Below, in pieces: positions 62,013 through 64,000 of a stretch of DNA of 64,000 bases; the stretch's first letter is position 1, and the number at the start of each line of letters is the position of its first letter. A model generated the notes under the pieces. It worked only from the letters and a program-made list of their open reading frames with translations, was not told where the DNA came from and did not search any database. Source of the stretch: Candidatus Bathyarchaeota archaeon (GTDB taxonomy: Archaea; Thermoproteota; Bathyarchaeia; Bathyarchaeales; Bathycorpusculaceae); NCBI GenBank assembly GCA_012515445.1, contig JAAYYI010000033.1, positions 10-64,009 of the forward strand, in the 5' to 3' direction. The position numbers and the translations under genes are program-made.

Positions 62013-62915
62013 TTGAAATTCGGTGTGTTTCTCTACCAACCAGAGCCTGTTGAAGGCGTCGATTACAATTTCTACCGACAGAAATCCGAATCCGGCATCG
62101 TCGGTGTAGTAAACCCAAAAATGTACACTAACATCGCATGCTTCGGCGACAATAACATGGCTGCAAAGCGCCCAGACTGGGTGTCCACAAGCAGCTTTGG
62201 CCCAGCACTCAGGACCAACAAACGCTACAACCTCCGCTGGGACGTAGTCTGCATGACTAACCCAGAAGCAAGAGAATACAACCTTAAAATCATCGCTGAC
62301 AGCGCCAAAAAAACTCCAGGCATCAGCATCAGCAGCCAGCACTTCGCTGATCAAGGCTTCTGCACATGCCCAAGATGCATTGAGCAGCAACGCAAAAGCG
62401 GCTTAAGCTGGGTTGAATGGAGAGCAAAAACCGTCACTGACTTCCTCGCTGAAGTTAAAGAGGTTGTCCAGGGCAAGCCGCTCTTCGTAAACATCCTCCC
62501 AGACCCATTACTCGCCAAAGAACGCTTCGGCTACGATTTCGAAGCAATGGCACAGTACACTGACTACTTCGTTATTCCAATGTTCAGCAAAGCATACCCG
62601 TCACCATGGTACTGGGAAACCATCGCACGCGGATTCAAGAGCAAACTAAAGAAGCCAACCTTCGTAAACTTCTACGTACGCGGCCCCAACGAAACATGGG
62701 AAACAGTCGCGACAACACAGCAGATCATGACAGTCGCAACCCGCGTTGCACGCCAAGGCATCGACGGCGTCATCTTCCTAGCAGAGAAGGCTGAGTACAT
62801 CCAGAAGTTCCAGAAAGAGGCAGCCGCAGACAAAGTTACACGTGAATTCCTTAAGGATCACGGCGGCGACGATGTACTAGATCTCTTTGCACGTTGGGAG
62901 AAAATCTACTCCTAA
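62013..62915 (+). CDS. GHL10/UPF0748-like TIM-barrel protein, paralogue 2
   Basis: 300-aa ORF starting at TTG, with AAGGTG 8 nt upstream. It has HFADQGFCTCPRCIEQQRKSGLSWVEWRAKTVTDFL and PDPLLAKERFGYDF. Confidence 0.45.
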   Translation: MKFGVFLYQPEPVEGVDYNFYRQKSESGIVGVVNPKMYTNIACFGDNNMAAKRPDWVSTSSFGPALRTNKRYNLRWDVVCMTNPEAREYNLKIIADSAKKTPGISISSQHFADQGFCTCPRCIEQQRKSGLSWVEWRAKTVTDFLAEVKEVVQGKPLFVNILPDPLLAKERFGYDFEAMAQYTDYFVIPMFSKAYPSPWYWETIARGFKSKLKKPTFVNFYVRGPNETWETVATTQQIMTVATRVARQGIDGVIFLAEKAEYIQKFQKEAAADKVTREFLKDHGGDDVLDLFARWEKIYS

Positions 62916-63180
62916 ATCTTTCTTTTTTATTTTATTTTTAGGCTTTTTATTGGGTTAGCTTGGGCTATTGTAGAACATTAGCTCATAAACTGAATATGTG
63001 TATTGTATAGTAAGTACTATTACGCTCTTCCCTTCTGTTGTTTACCAGTTATACAGACCAACAGCACACAAGGAAACTAGCAATGACCAAAAAATTGCTA
63101 ACCGCACTAACAATCACTCTAGTAATATTCTCTGCAGTATACTGGCCAATGTCAAGCTAAGTCGTTTTGTTGCTTTGCAG

Positions 63181-63330
63181 CTACCTACCTCCTTATAAAA
63201 AACGGCTTTTTAGGACCTGCCTGCCTCAGAGTGACCTCCCCCTCCCTTATATAAAACAACAATGGCTGGTTCTATCAAAGCTTTTACCTTTAAATAAGAG
63301 GGGGGTCTAGTCGGAAATCGCAGTTAAGGT
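63181..63330. repeat. Mosaic repeat, copy D (inverted pair of C-rich/TATA-like modules + AAATCGCAGTT module)
   Basis: GACCTCCCCCTCCCTTATATAAA (63233-63255) faces TTTAAATAAGAGGGGGGTC (63289-63307). The left part aligns with copy C (reverse complement) and the right part with copy G. Confidence 0.7.
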
Positions 63331-63332
63331 GC

Positions 63333-64000
63333 CTATCTTAGGATTTTGAATATTACGTATCTGTCGTTTGAGTATACCAGTTGTAGGATTTTGCTGTTGA
63401 TTATTTGTGTGTCGAGTTCGTTTCGGTCGTAGACTATGAAGCCGATGCTGTCTCGTTGTATGTAGCTGCGGAAGTCTCTGGGTTTAACCTCGAAGGGCGC
63501 TGTTTTGGTTGTGAATAAGCCCTGTAGAGTCTCTTTTGTTAGCGCTGGGTAGCTACTCTGGGATAGCGTCAGCGTCTGGTATGAGCGCTGCACCGTCTCG
63601 TTAGCCGCTAAAGCGTCGAAGTCGTAGACGATGCGTAACGCGTCGATCTGACGGTTAGCTAAAGAGCCGATGTTACCCCACGTCGGCAAGTCATCGAAGT
63701 ACACTGCATAACCAACGCTGTTTGTTCCGTCGTAGAGTCCAAGGTAGCTGTCCTTAAGCTGAGTCCCAGTAAAATTGGCAACAGCCCAGTTGTCCTCTGA
63801 GGATTTAACTTCTGCAGGCGCATCATACGGATTCACCCAATCAAGCAGTCCCGGAATATCGGCGACTTCCAACTTGTACTGCAAATCAAAAAGCGTAGAT
63901 AAGTACAGGGTGGCATCGGTGATTTCGCCATTTATGGGCGTTACCGTCCAAGCAACGTCGAATTGGTAGCTGTCGTTATGCACGGAAATCATCTTGGTTA
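63333..64000 (-). CDS. Hypothetical protein, probably 5'-truncated by the window end
   Basis: The frame is open to the last base of the window (first ATG at 63992). It is beta-rich with no recognisable motif. Confidence 0.4.
   Translation of the reverse strand, partial: TKMISVHNDSYQFDVAWTVTPINGEITDATLYLSTLFDLQYKLEVADIPGLLDWVNPYDAPAEVKSSEDNWAVANFTGTQLKDSYLGLYDGTNSVGYAVYFDDLPTWGNIGSLANRQIDALRIVYDFDALAANETVQRSYQTLTLSQSSYPALTKETLQGLFTTKTAPFEVKPRDFRSYIQRDSIGFIVYDRNELDTQIINSKILQLVYSNDRYVIFKILR

Noticed and set aside
1-64000. CRISPR array, IS element, integrase or prophage content
   Set aside because: The dispersed repeats are not regularly spaced and have no uniform unit. I recognised no transposase, integrase, Cas or capsid-like ORF in any frame.

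Overview
This is an archaeal chromosomal window with about 65 protein genes and one tRNA. I saw no rRNA, CRISPR array or recognisable transposase/integrase. The archaeal assignment rests on a five-subunit ACDS (Cdh) operon, Ftr, CofE, deoxyhypusine synthase, a GPN-loop GTPase, ribosomal protein L35Ae, an S26B-type signal peptidase and a PEF-CTERM-like sorting signal. A Bathyarchaeia-like Wood-Ljungdahl lineage is only a guess. Core content: cooC-cdhABCDE (18.6-26.5 kb); two purine operons (purM-S-L-Q at 28.7-33.3 kb and purF-purD-HAD-ftr-pfkB at 33.5-39.4 kb, minus strand); F420/C1 genes (FrhB-like, MetF-like, cofE); argS; two convergent DHS paralogues; a bacterial-type metK. Main second-look items: (1) Four unrelated genes (cofE, a PP-loop ATPase, cdhD, purF) have reading frames, and for cofE and purF indispensable conserved residues, that extend upstream of any ATG/GTG/TTG. 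Each has an in-frame ACG 6-8 nt after a Shine-Dalgarno-like motif, which suggests ACG initiation or start-codon editing. (2) A mosaic intergenic repeat family occurs at nine annotated loci (at least 14 copies of its core), built around ACCTCCCCCTCCCTTATTTAAAG. (3) An accessory-looking stretch around tRNA-Gly(CCC) holds a TIR-like (Cap12/PycTIR-type) protein, a membrane-anchored Hcp-like (T6SS tube family) protein, a 7-repeat surface protein and a PEF-CTERM phospholipase C-like protein. (4) A tightly coupled ThrC-like / DUF1611 / PP-loop ATPase cassette has no known function. (5) A FrhB-like + short MetF-like gene pair may be an F420-linked methylene reductase. (6) ftr is embedded in the purF-purD operon. 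(7) A His-tailed NifX-like protein and a Cys-tailed Lrp regulator sit upstream of cooC-cdh. All family assignments come from motifs read in the translations and recalled family signatures. No database search was run.
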